Below are positions 8,878 through 18,059 of a stretch of DNA of 21,708 nt, piece by piece (the first letter of the stretch is position 1; each line of letters begins with the position of its first letter). A program made the translations under genes and the position numbers. Origin of the DNA: Nitrososphaeraceae archaeon (GTDB lineage Archaea > Thermoproteota > Nitrososphaeria > Nitrososphaerales > Nitrososphaeraceae); NCBI GenBank assembly GCA_035297365.1, contig DATGZA010000008.1, forward strand, positions 1 through 21,708, in the 5' to 3' direction. The notes beneath the pieces are model-generated. The model saw only the letters and a program-made list of their open reading frames with translations, had not been told where the DNA came from and did no database searches.

Positions 8878-10380
8878 TTGAAAGTTGAAATTACCATTTT
8901 TCTTTTTCTTTTTGCTTTAGGTCTTACTTTTTCATCTCATATATATGGTAATTCTCCTAAATTCAATTCTGAATTAATTGACGATAAAATAGAAAAAAGT
9001 ATATACTACAATCCAAATGACGGTCATAATAAAACAAGTCTTGAATATTCAGAAAAAGATATGAATTTGGATAGGGTTTATGTAAAAAGCAATGGTACCC
9101 ATCTTGAAATAAAATTATTATTTGATGACCTTTTAAAAAAACTTAAAAACATAATATTAAATAATAATAATACTGTTCCAAACACCTTTTTTATTAACAT
9201 ATTTATAGATTCTGATGATGATGAAACTACGGGATTCCTAGGTTATAATTATAGATATTATTTAAGCCATAATATTTCAAATTCTTACGATGATAAGAAG
9301 TTAATTCCTACTAAGAACGTTTCTCAGGCTTATATACCAAATAATTTAAAACAAAATGAGATTCTCGAGGGTGAAGAACTAAAAGAAATAATAGCAAGAA
9401 CTTTAAATTCTAAAGATTTATTTGGAAAACTTGACTGGGTAATAAAGGGATATGAACTTCTAGACTATGAGTTTCAGCCAATATTCTTTTCCTCCAAAGT
9501 CAATGAAAAATATATATCAATCATCCCAAGCGGATTGAAGATTACTTTGGATCTTGGTCAAATAAATTATCCTTTAAATTATGCCTTATTAATTGAGGCT
9601 GGAAGAAAATCAGAAGATTACAAATTCTCCAATATCTTTGGAAAAATACATATTCCGCATCCAGATTTGACTGTAAACGATAAAACAATAGACATTGCTA
9701 AGGGTCGGAACTCGATGGTTCTTGCATTTAATAATACTGGTTTATATAATTTAAATGTGAAGGCGGAAATGATGAATAAAAGTCTCTCTGATAATCCTGT
9801 GTTAATTAAATTCAGTCAAGGAAATCACTTTAATATGTTGGATGGAAAGGGAGCACTTCCTGTGGATGTTATCGTCAATACTAATGATATACAAAAAAAT
9901 ATTGTTATTCCTTTGAATCTATCATATAGTGTTATCGGAGAAAACGATTTTACCAAGTCAGATTTTAATAATTCATTGACGTATGAACACATATATAACA
10001 AGATAGTTTACCTGAATTTTAAAGTTCAGGGAAAGACTCCGTTAATAAATTTCAGTGAAATTCCATCTCAATATATTGCAGTATTTATTGGAGCTGTATT
10101 CAGCTTTTTTATTCCATCTATTACTCGACTTAGTAAGGAATATATCCAAAAACGACATGCAAATGCGTTCCTAAAAGATATTCTTAAAGAACAAGATTCT
10201 GAGGATCCTAATAATTCTATTAAAAATATGATGAGAAATCTCAGAATCATAAAACATGAATTTATTCGAGGAAAAATAACTAAGGATCAATATGAGATAT
10301 TAAAGGATAATATGACTGATATTCTTAAAGATTTGATAACTAAAAACAATAACAATAAAGAGAATCAAAGAGAAAAATGA
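8878..10380 (+). CDS. Membrane-anchored surface protein of unknown function
   Basis: Signal peptide and a large Asn-rich extracellular part with FIDSDDDETTGFLGYNY (DxDxxxxTG motif). C-terminal TM (YIAVFIGAVFSFFIPSI) and cytoplasmic tail with GKITKDQYEIL (SHOCT-like). TTG start. Confidence 0.8.
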   Translation: MKVEITIFLFLFALGLTFSSHIYGNSPKFNSELIDDKIEKSIYYNPNDGHNKTSLEYSEKDMNLDRVYVKSNGTHLEIKLLFDDLLKKLKNIILNNNNTVPNTFFINIFIDSDDDETTGFLGYNYRYYLSHNISNSYDDKKLIPTKNVSQAYIPNNLKQNEILEGEELKEIIARTLNSKDLFGKLDWVIKGYELLDYEFQPIFFSSKVNEKYISIIPSGLKITLDLGQINYPLNYALLIEAGRKSEDYKFSNIFGKIHIPHPDLTVNDKTIDIAKGRNSMVLAFNNTGLYNLNVKAEMMNKSLSDNPVLIKFSQGNHFNMLDGKGALPVDVIVNTNDIQKNIVIPLNLSYSVIGENDFTKSDFNNSLTYEHIYNKIVYLNFKVQGKTPLINFSEIPSQYIAVFIGAVFSFFIPSITRLSKEYIQKRHANAFLKDILKEQDSEDPNNSIKNMMRNLRIIKHEFIRGKITKDQYEILKDNMTDILKDLITKNNNNKENQREK

Positions 10381-10509
10381 TTTTAGATTTTCATAAAATG
10401 AATATATTTCTCTATATAGAGAATATTGATTAGTTTTTAGCTATTTTTTTGATAGAATTACATTGAGAATAGCTTTTAAACGTGATCCTCTCAACAAAGG
10501 AGAGATTGA

Positions 10510-11226
10510 TTGATTAATGTTATTTCTTTAACGTCTTGTCATAAACTTCTGATTTTAATAGTAATTATAGCACCAATATTTTCTTTTGTGATAATTTCTG
10601 AACAACTTGTAGTCTACGTACTAACCAAGGAAGATTGTGATAAGAAAGATGCCGATGTCATAATAGGTACTCGTACTACAACTATTGGGACAAAATGTAA
10701 TGACGTAATTGTCGGTTGCCCATTTTCACCACTTAATACAGGACCTGGTCGTTGTTCTACAGGGGATCTTGTGAGAGGGCTTGAAAAAGATGATGTTATT
10801 CAAGGCTCAGAGGGTAATGATGTACTCTATGGGGATGACGGGAATGATAAAATTACAGGTGGCGGAGGCAGCGATAGATTATTCGGAGATCCTGGTGATG
10901 ATATTTTAAAGGTTAATGCGGGTTCAAACTTTCTAGTAGGAGGAAAGGGTGATGATGAACTTTATGGAGGTCTAGGTAGCGACGTATTCATTGGTGGAAA
11001 AGGAGCAGATACGTTTGATTGTGGTGAAAACTTTGATATTGTAATAGATTTCGATCTCGATGACGGTGATATTCAAAATAATAATTGTGAAGTAATTGAA
11101 AGTTATCATGATGATATGGATATTTTCGCCCAACCAAGTAAGATTAAATCTCATCTAGACAAATTTGGCACTGGATCGTCTCAAGACAAGATAGATATAG
11201 ACGACATAGGAAAGGAAATCGACTAA
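10510..11226 (+). CDS. Secreted or anchored RTX/hemolysin-type calcium-binding repeat protein
   Basis: Hydrophobic N-terminus. Nonapeptides GSEGNDVLY, GDDGNDKIT, GGGGSDRLF, GGKGDDELY, GGLGSDVFI, GGKGADTFD. Same FDC..D...DF...GD....NCE cap as 29..610. Confidence 0.9.
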   Translation: MINVISLTSCHKLLILIVIIAPIFSFVIISEQLVVYVLTKEDCDKKDADVIIGTRTTTIGTKCNDVIVGCPFSPLNTGPGRCSTGDLVRGLEKDDVIQGSEGNDVLYGDDGNDKITGGGGSDRLFGDPGDDILKVNAGSNFLVGGKGDDELYGGLGSDVFIGGKGADTFDCGENFDIVIDFDLDDGDIQNNNCEVIESYHDDMDIFAQPSKIKSHLDKFGTGSSQDKIDIDDIGKEID

Positions 11227-11940
11227 TAGATGTCTTAGTTTTTAAAATGTTCTGCTATTAGGTTCAATTATCTTAATTGCTGAAATTCTGATCGACAACA
11301 TCGTATTCATTCCTTTCTAATTATTGATATGCTTTCTGATAACATAATGATTCAGGTGTTGTCTTGACCTAAATACTTTGTTCTTTCTTCTTCACTCCGA
11401 TCACATCGCAGGAAAAACCAAATTATAACAAGATCTTATTTTTTATTAATATAATCTTAATCTCGATGACAGAAATGATGTATGATTACTTTAATTGTTT
11501 TATAACTATTATACAACGATTAAGACGGAAAAGATAAAAATTCGATTTAGATTTCAATTGAGCTTAAGATTTGCTCTGAATTCATCCAAATACAACTAGA
11601 GTGTCTACATATATCAATATTATATGACCTAATTAACAAACCTTTTCCTTTTTTTAAGACATGCAGATTAGATATATCTTGCATGTTCCGTTTTTACAGA
11701 CATCAGTTTCCAGACCTAAGGAGAAACCTGTCATTTCATCACTTGAAGAAATAAATATGTTTCAGAAAATGCTGAACTAAAAAAGAACCATTCTTATTTA
11801 TTATTTATATTATGATTATCAAAATTAAAAGACATAACAAAATTTTTCTACTTCCATTAACAATATAATTCAATTCACATATTATTAAAAAAATTATTTT
11901 GTGTGTTTCTTATGTTTCTTATGATATTTATTGGAGGAGT

Positions 11941-12963
11941 CTATACAAACTTGGATGCTATTTGGACCCATGAAGTTGATTGGTCCAAGTATGTAAGTAT
12001 TAATGCATCGTTTTTACCTAGTATTGCTTCATTTAGATCGAGTTTTATATTTCCTATGCTTGATATCTTGATAGGTCTGGAATCATCGGCGCCAGTTAGT
12101 ATGATAAGTTGACCATTGGAACCATTTGATATTTCCAGTTCATTATTTTTGCCTTGGTTAGCCCCTAAAAGTACATATCCACTATTGTTGACGGGAGTAA
12201 AAGAAATTCCAGATTCCACTAAATGAAGTTTAAAGGATCCTTCGTTAACTATTCTCTGTACCTCCGATGTAACATACGATTGTTGCGGAGTTGTATACGA
12301 TTGTTGAGGAGTTGTCTCTTCTTGAATAGGAAACATACCATCTTCATATGCATATGATTCCTGATAACTTGATTCGGGATATCCATAATTATAGATATAT
12401 GTAATTTCTTCGTCATCGTCATGGTCATGGTCATCGTCATCGTCATCGTCTTCAACAGTAATATCTATGTCATCATCATCGATATCAACGTCTATATCAT
12501 CATCGATGTCAACTTCTACATCATCCCAGTTGATATCCCAGTCGTTATCCCAGTCGACATTCACATCTCCATCAATATCAATTCCATCGTCAATATCTAC
12601 ACCACCTCCAATGTCTATACAGTTTCCTTGTTTTCCGCATTCAGGAAAATTTGGTAACTGCGAAATACCTGGAAAATTATCGAGTTTATCTTTATCCAGA
12701 CTCTTGAGCCTATCTTTATCCAGACTGTTGATATTTGCTGGCTTGAAAGAAGGTAAAGAAGAACCTTGAGAAATGCTGCTTGGTTTGAACTTTTTTTGTT
12801 TAATTTTTTTATCGTATTGCTTGAAATCGGATTTAGATTTTTTGCTCGGTTTCTTGAAATCGGATTTAGATTTTTTGCTCTTGGATTTAAAGGATTTTTT
12901 CCCTGCATCGACCAAGGGAATATCGAGATTGGAAAAAATTATGCCAAGAATTGAAATTAACAA
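11941..12963 (-). CDS. Secreted low-complexity protein: Lys/Ser repeats, Asp-rich tract and a C-terminal beta-domain
   Basis: Signal-like N-terminus (possibly starting at CTG 12996), SKKSKSDFK x2, SLDKD x2, an approximately 65-aa DxDxD/poly-Asp tract, TTPQQSY x2 and an approximately 100-aa globular C-terminus. Confidence 0.8.
   Translation of the reverse strand: MLISILGIIFSNLDIPLVDAGKKSFKSKSKKSKSDFKKPSKKSKSDFKQYDKKIKQKKFKPSSISQGSSLPSFKPANINSLDKDRLKSLDKDKLDNFPGISQLPNFPECGKQGNCIDIGGGVDIDDGIDIDGDVNVDWDNDWDINWDDVEVDIDDDIDVDIDDDDIDITVEDDDDDDDHDHDDDEEITYIYNYGYPESSYQESYAYEDGMFPIQEETTPQQSYTTPQQSYVTSEVQRIVNEGSFKLHLVESGISFTPVNNSGYVLLGANQGKNNELEISNGSNGQLIILTGADDSRPIKISSIGNIKLDLNEAILGKNDALILTYLDQSTSWVQIASKFV
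12274..12315. repeat. 21-bp tandem repeat x2 (TTPQQSY)
   Basis: ATACGATTGTTGCGGAGTTGT followed by ATACGATTGTTGAGGAGTTGT, one mismatch. Confidence 0.85.
12687..12726. repeat. 16-bp direct repeat, 24-bp period (SLDKD)
   Basis: TATCTTTATCCAGACT at 12687-12702 and 12711-12726. Confidence 0.8.
12820..12880. repeat. 28-bp perfect direct repeat, 33-bp period (SKKSKSDFK)
   Basis: CTTGAAATCGGATTTAGATTTTTTGCTC at 12820-12847 and 12853-12880. Confidence 0.9.
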
Positions 12964-13195
12964 TATCCCAAATATGAAATTAACCCTATTAATCAGCTCT
13001 ACTCTAACGTTAATGTCTACTGCCTTTTTTTAATTGTTTTGGAAACGTTTTTCAATAGATAGGCGATATTTTTTAACATTATTTACATCTTTCATATTTG
13101 AATCTCAGTTTCACAATAGCACTGAGCACTGTATTTGAAATTTTACAAAGAATTTATATTATATAAGAAGGATCCTGATTTTGTTCATATTGTTT

Positions 13196-15067
13196 ATGAT
13201 TAATGAGAAATCATTTATTATACAGACTATTTTTTTGACAAATTTTATGATCTTACTTGCATTGTCTTTATTTTTTTTGTATTCAGACTTTTCTTTTGCA
13301 GAAGCTGTCGTTGCTAAGAATCAATCATCTTTTGAATCTATTGGACCTAAATTGATTGCCGCTGAAGGTAATGAAACAGTAAATCCTTTGCTCTTGGAAC
13401 AAAGAAAACAATTTACGCCACCAAAGGTAATTGAAGTTGCATCGGGGGTTTATACAGCTATAGGGTTTGGTCCATCAAATATTATAATGGTTGAAGGAAC
13501 AGACAGCATAGTGGTCCTAGATAGTGGTTCATCTGTAGACCAAGCCAAAATCGTCCTTTCTGAATTTCGAAAAATTACTGACAAGCCTGTTTCCGCTCTG
13601 ATCTATACTAACGGGAAGGCAGATCATGTAAGTGGAGCTGGAGTATTTGTTAACGATAGCAAGATACAAGGACAACATCTAGATATCATAGCAAATAGCG
13701 AATTCCCTGAAAATGTTTTTCCATCCGTTGGACAAATTGCAAAACAGAAATCCATTTATGAACTTTATTGGAGTGGATTGTTACTTCCCAAAGGTAATGA
13801 AAGTGATAGGTCAATAGACAACGGATTGGGACCAAACTGGAAATTAGGTAATATCTCTTATGTAAACCCAAATATCTTGTTTAACGACACACTTGAAACG
13901 ACATATTCAGGAATAAACATTACTCTCATTTCAGCACCAGGACCATCGCCTGAACAAATTTATGCTTGGATACCAGATAAAGGTGTCCTTTTTTCAAGTG
14001 ACTTGGTGTATCAATCATTTCCAAATCTTTATTCCATGTCAGGTTTAGAAGACGTTGATATACAGTCATGGATTGATGCAATTGATGCGATGAGAGAACT
14101 CAATGCTACATATCTAATACCTAGTCATTTATTGCCTGCCAGTGGTTACAATAACGTTTCGGACATTTTGATCTCCTATAGAGACGCCATATCTTATTTG
14201 GTTCAGCAAACCATTAGATACATCAATCATGGTTTTAATGCGGACGAGATAACGGAAATTCTAAAACTCCCCCCTTATCTAAAAGACCATCCTTGGTTGC
14301 AGGAAAGAACTGGCGAACTTTCTTGGGCAATCAGACAGATATATAGTTATGTCGTAGGGTGGAATTCTGGTGATGCTACTTGGTTTAACCCAATTACCCT
14401 GCAAGAAAGAGGATCAAAAATTGTTAACGGTTTCGGAGGATTAAATGCAACATTAGATGAGATAAAGAGATCACTAGATAATCTAGAATATGCTTGGTCA
14501 GCAGAGCTTTCTACCTATACTATATATGCTTATCCAGATAACAAGGAAGTTAAGTTATTGAAAGCAGACGCACTTAGAAAATTAGGTTATGAGAATCCAA
14601 CATCAGGGGGCAGAAATTGGTATTTGACACAAGCAAACATCCTTGATGGCAAGATAAATGCATCTACCATACAAAGACTTCCAAGCACAAACATAGTTAA
14701 TCAGATACTTCCCACAGTATCAATTGACGACCTTCTCTTTAATATGCTGTTCAAACTTGATCCTGCAAAAGGCCCAGATTATGACCTGATATTGGGAATA
14801 TATTTGAACGATACAGAAGAAGGTTTTACTTTGGAAATTCGAAACGACGTGGTTGAATATAAAGACTCATTTCCTGAAGAATATAACATTGCATTGTATA
14901 CTGATTCAGAAACACTCAAAGATGTTCTAGTCGGCAAAGCGAAATTGCTTGACAAAATAATAGCAGAGAAAGTAACCATAGATGGTGATATTAGAGATTT
15001 CACAAAATTTGTAAGATCGTTTGATCAGAAATTTGTTATACCTATATTCAACAATATTGCTAATTAA
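13196..15067 (+). CDS. Exported SdsA1/BDS1-type alkyl/aryl-sulfatase homolog (MBL fold, dimerisation domain, SCP2-like domain) with degenerate active site
   Basis: MBL N-domain (GVYTAIGFGPSNIIMVEG..VVLDSG..TDKPVSALIYT), FPNLY, PSH..P, dimerisation domain (GWNSGD..ADALRKLGY..RNWYLT) and C-terminal SCP2-like domain. HxHxDH reads NGKADH. ATG 13196 is preferred over TTG 13181 (TATA-like 13153-13166). Confidence 0.88.
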   Translation: MINEKSFIIQTIFLTNFMILLALSLFFLYSDFSFAEAVVAKNQSSFESIGPKLIAAEGNETVNPLLLEQRKQFTPPKVIEVASGVYTAIGFGPSNIIMVEGTDSIVVLDSGSSVDQAKIVLSEFRKITDKPVSALIYTNGKADHVSGAGVFVNDSKIQGQHLDIIANSEFPENVFPSVGQIAKQKSIYELYWSGLLLPKGNESDRSIDNGLGPNWKLGNISYVNPNILFNDTLETTYSGINITLISAPGPSPEQIYAWIPDKGVLFSSDLVYQSFPNLYSMSGLEDVDIQSWIDAIDAMRELNATYLIPSHLLPASGYNNVSDILISYRDAISYLVQQTIRYINHGFNADEITEILKLPPYLKDHPWLQERTGELSWAIRQIYSYVVGWNSGDATWFNPITLQERGSKIVNGFGGLNATLDEIKRSLDNLEYAWSAELSTYTIYAYPDNKEVKLLKADALRKLGYENPTSGGRNWYLTQANILDGKINASTIQRLPSTNIVNQILPTVSIDDLLFNMLFKLDPAKGPDYDLILGIYLNDTEEGFTLEIRNDVVEYKDSFPEEYNIALYTDSETLKDVLVGKAKLLDKIIAEKVTIDGDIRDFTKFVRSFDQKFVIPIFNNIAN

Positions 15068-15623
15068 TAAAGGAATATATCTACAACCAATTTAATTATA
15101 AAACAATTAAAGTAACTTTTTTCTGATCCTTCATTCCTTTACTTTAGTCCCTTATTTTTAATTTTAATTGTCTCTAAGTTATAAATTTAAAAATAAAATA
15201 ATATCTAATAAATTAATGTAACTCTGTTAATTTAAGCAAAAAACTATTTGGCTGTGAATGTTCTACTTCTGGTTTATGTTATTTCACTTGAAAGGTTGGA
15301 ACACCTATACTTATTGTTATGTATCCTTTATTTGTGTTTTTTTGGTCGCAGTCTACGTATTAAATTAAAACCTTTGGTAATATTTAGAGATTAACCCATC
15401 TCATAAAGTCTAATGAAGAGTTAACCAGTGTTTTAAGGAAGGATAAAATTTAAAATTTTCATGCTACTATCCGTGTGTTCAAGATGAATGAATTAAATCT
15501 ATTTTGTATATAACTGGATGCAAACATTTTTTACGTATAACCCAATAATATTCAAAATTATCTTATAGTTTAGTTGAAAGGAAGAGATGAACGTATCTTA
15601 AAATAACAGACAGAACAATGCTA

Positions 15624-16166
15624 TCAATCTTCATATTCTATATTATTCTTACAATTTGGACAAAGGCTTCCTTGTTTGAAATCAGTATCTTGTAATGAAT
15701 TACTAAAATGCATAACACATTTTTTATTTGCGCAATGATATAAACCAAATGAATGACCTAATTCATGGATTGCTTCTTTTACAATTCTATCGCGAAATAC
15801 TAGTTCATCAGGTTTAAGATGATAGAATTCTTGTCTTAATCTAGGGAGATATATAGCAGCAGCTCTTCCACCTCTATATGCTTCTCCGAATACAAAGTTC
15901 AAATCTCCTGTATAGGCATCCATATCACAAATCATAAGAATCTTCATTTCTCTTGTCGGTTTCATTTTTTCTAATACCCAATATAACAATTCAGATGATC
16001 TTATTTGATTTCTCCTGCCATCAATAAAATCTTCAATATCAATTTTTGGTGTATTACTAACAGTAACATTGGCATAATCAAATTCCTTTGACAAGGCGCC
16101 TATTAAAAAATTTAAAAGATCATTATCGAGTTTATTTAGAGGTCTTATAACAACATGCATATACAT
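15624..16166 (-). CDS. amzA: Archaemetzincin Zn-metalloprotease (M54)
   Basis: HELGHSFGLYH (HExxHxxGxxH) followed by C-x4-CVMHFSNS...D.K...LCPNC Cys4 Zn site. LNFVFGEA motif. Confidence 0.93.
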   Translation of the reverse strand: MYMHVVIRPLNKLDNDLLNFLIGALSKEFDYANVTVSNTPKIDIEDFIDGRRNQIRSSELLYWVLEKMKPTREMKILMICDMDAYTGDLNFVFGEAYRGGRAAAIYLPRLRQEFYHLKPDELVFRDRIVKEAIHELGHSFGLYHCANKKCVMHFSNSLQDTDFKQGSLCPNCKNNIEYED

Positions 16167-16564
16167 ATAATACTAATTTCAACTTTATAACAATAATCAA
16201 ATCACATATTTGAAATAAATTTAGGTTGTATTAGTCTATGCTTCCAATAAAATATTATAATTATTTAACGTCTATACGCAGATTCACCTGACAGAAGGAT
16301 TAATAGGCCTAATGGCATCTCTTGTCATCATGTAATATTCGATGCAATGATGCCAGAATAAGGCTCATTTGAGCTCTCTTGCTATTAAAGCCCAAAGATA
16401 TGGAAGTGAGTTTCCTTCATATCTCCTTTATATCCTATTCTCAAGATATACAAAAACAAATCCTAGAAATGGTAAGTATATAGAAAAATCCTCTTATTTT
16501 TAAAGATTATTTTATTAACATCAGAGAAAGGTTCTTAACATATATTAAAATAAAAAATAGCGAT

Positions 16565-17335
16565 ATGATAAAATTTTTCTTACTTCTAAGTTCAATTATT
16601 ACAGTTTTAATTCTTCTAGATTCAAATTATATTGCTTCATACAGTGAAGGCCTCTCTGATCAAACTACTAAAACAAATAATACAAATTTGGATATAGCTA
16701 CTTTAGTTTTTGTGCCTGATTCAAGTGCTTTTAATCTTACATATCCACAATGGACAGCAAAATGGTGGCAATGGGCATATTCAATTCCACAAAATATTCA
16801 TCCTGCATATGATGATACTGGAAAATTCTGTAAAGAGGGTCAGAAAGAACCTGTCTGGTTTTTCCCAGGTACCTATCAACAGTCAGTTATTAGATATTGT
16901 GAAATCCCTTATGGTGTAGGTATACTATTTCCTATATTAAATTCTGAATGTTCATTTGCTGAGTACCCAAATATGAAAACAAAAGAGGAATTAGGTACCT
17001 GTGCTAAAAAAATTCAAGATACAACAGTTCCAGAGTTCGCAATACTTAACGGTGTAAAAATACCAAATCTTGAAAATTATCGCATTCAATCAGATATTTT
17101 TAATTTTACTTTACCTGCAAAGAACATTTTAGATTTACCACCACAAACTACTCAAGCCGTTTCTGATGGAATTTGGGTATTTTTAAAACCTCTATATCCT
17201 GGTGATTATGAACTTAAATTTAAGGGAAACCTTAAAACTAAAAATAATGAAACAAATGGCAGTACAGACAAAGACGAATTTGCGGGACCTATAGGTTGGA
17301 ATTATACCACAACTTACATACTAACTATAAAATAA
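16565..17335 (+). CDS. Conserved secreted hypothetical protein (WTAKWWQWAYSIP family)
   Basis: Signal peptide. Y..WTAKWWQWAYSIP...HPAYDDTG..C...PVWF.PGT...R.C.IP...ILFPILNSECS...AVSDG.WVFLKPL.PG, a pattern I recognise from expanded Nitrososphaerales paralogs. Function unknown. Confidence 0.85.
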   Translation: MIKFFLLLSSIITVLILLDSNYIASYSEGLSDQTTKTNNTNLDIATLVFVPDSSAFNLTYPQWTAKWWQWAYSIPQNIHPAYDDTGKFCKEGQKEPVWFFPGTYQQSVIRYCEIPYGVGILFPILNSECSFAEYPNMKTKEELGTCAKKIQDTTVPEFAILNGVKIPNLENYRIQSDIFNFTLPAKNILDLPPQTTQAVSDGIWVFLKPLYPGDYELKFKGNLKTKNNETNGSTDKDEFAGPIGWNYTTTYILTIK

Positions 17336-18059
17336 TTTAAAATACGATTTTTAATATTATTATAATAACACATAATTATTCTATCACACTTCTAGACCAA
17401 ATATAATTTCCTTTTGTTGGACATTAGGTTGATTGCAACGGTAGAAAAGTATAACTTTTATAAAATGAATTCTTATTAAATAACCATGAAAGAGTAAAAT
17501 TGGTAAAATACCGATATAAGTTTTCCCACATTATGTATAAGAACCCATATTTTATAACATCTAACTGTATGTATACATATCTTAATGTTTATGTAGCTTC
17601 AATTCACAGTTATTTAGACTGAATAGTATAAATATAGAATAACTTTCTGTAGAATTTACAGGTGCAAGAAAACGGATTATGAATATAAGAAAAGATGAAG
17701 TCTGAAAATTTTTTTGATTACCGTTGGCTCTAAGGAGTTTACAGAAACATTATAAGATGTATGCCATGAGGTCATAATATCTATTGGTTTCAATTTAATT
17801 AGATTTAACTTAGACACTTCTACCTTTAATTCCCAAGAAGTTCGAAAAACAATTGCAATTGTATGAATTAATAAGCCTAATTGACTTTTATTTATCTATC
17901 TATAAAATATTTATTTAATGTTAAATGAAATGTATTATATAGAACCGAATAAATAAAATAGTCCAAGTCTTCTTTTCTTGTCAAATTCTTTAGTATTTGG
18001 CAGAACGTTAATAATTTTAGGAAATCCTAATATGCTAGAGATATCACTATATTTTTCCT

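Noticed and set aside
11659-11780. ACATGCA...TGCATGT hairpin and 39-aa ORF MQIRYILHVPF… between convergent genes
   Set aside because: Short stem and no recognisable protein motif, so within chance expectation.
12820-12880. 28-bp direct repeats as a possible mini-CRISPR
   Set aside because: Only two copies with a 5-nt gap. The period is a multiple of 3 inside a coding frame, and there are no cas genes.
12249-13033. Overlapping ORFs such as MKTMTMTMT…, MSSSSISTS…, MVMVIVIV… and others
   Set aside because: Alternative-frame or antisense shadows of the GAT/GAC-rich and repeat-containing gene 11941..12963.
13030-13095. ATG 13095 (minus) in frame with the Asp-rich gene but followed by TAA at 13030-13032
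   Set aside because: It would give an atypically long n-region. A nearer start is more parsimonious, although a nonsense mutation cannot be excluded.
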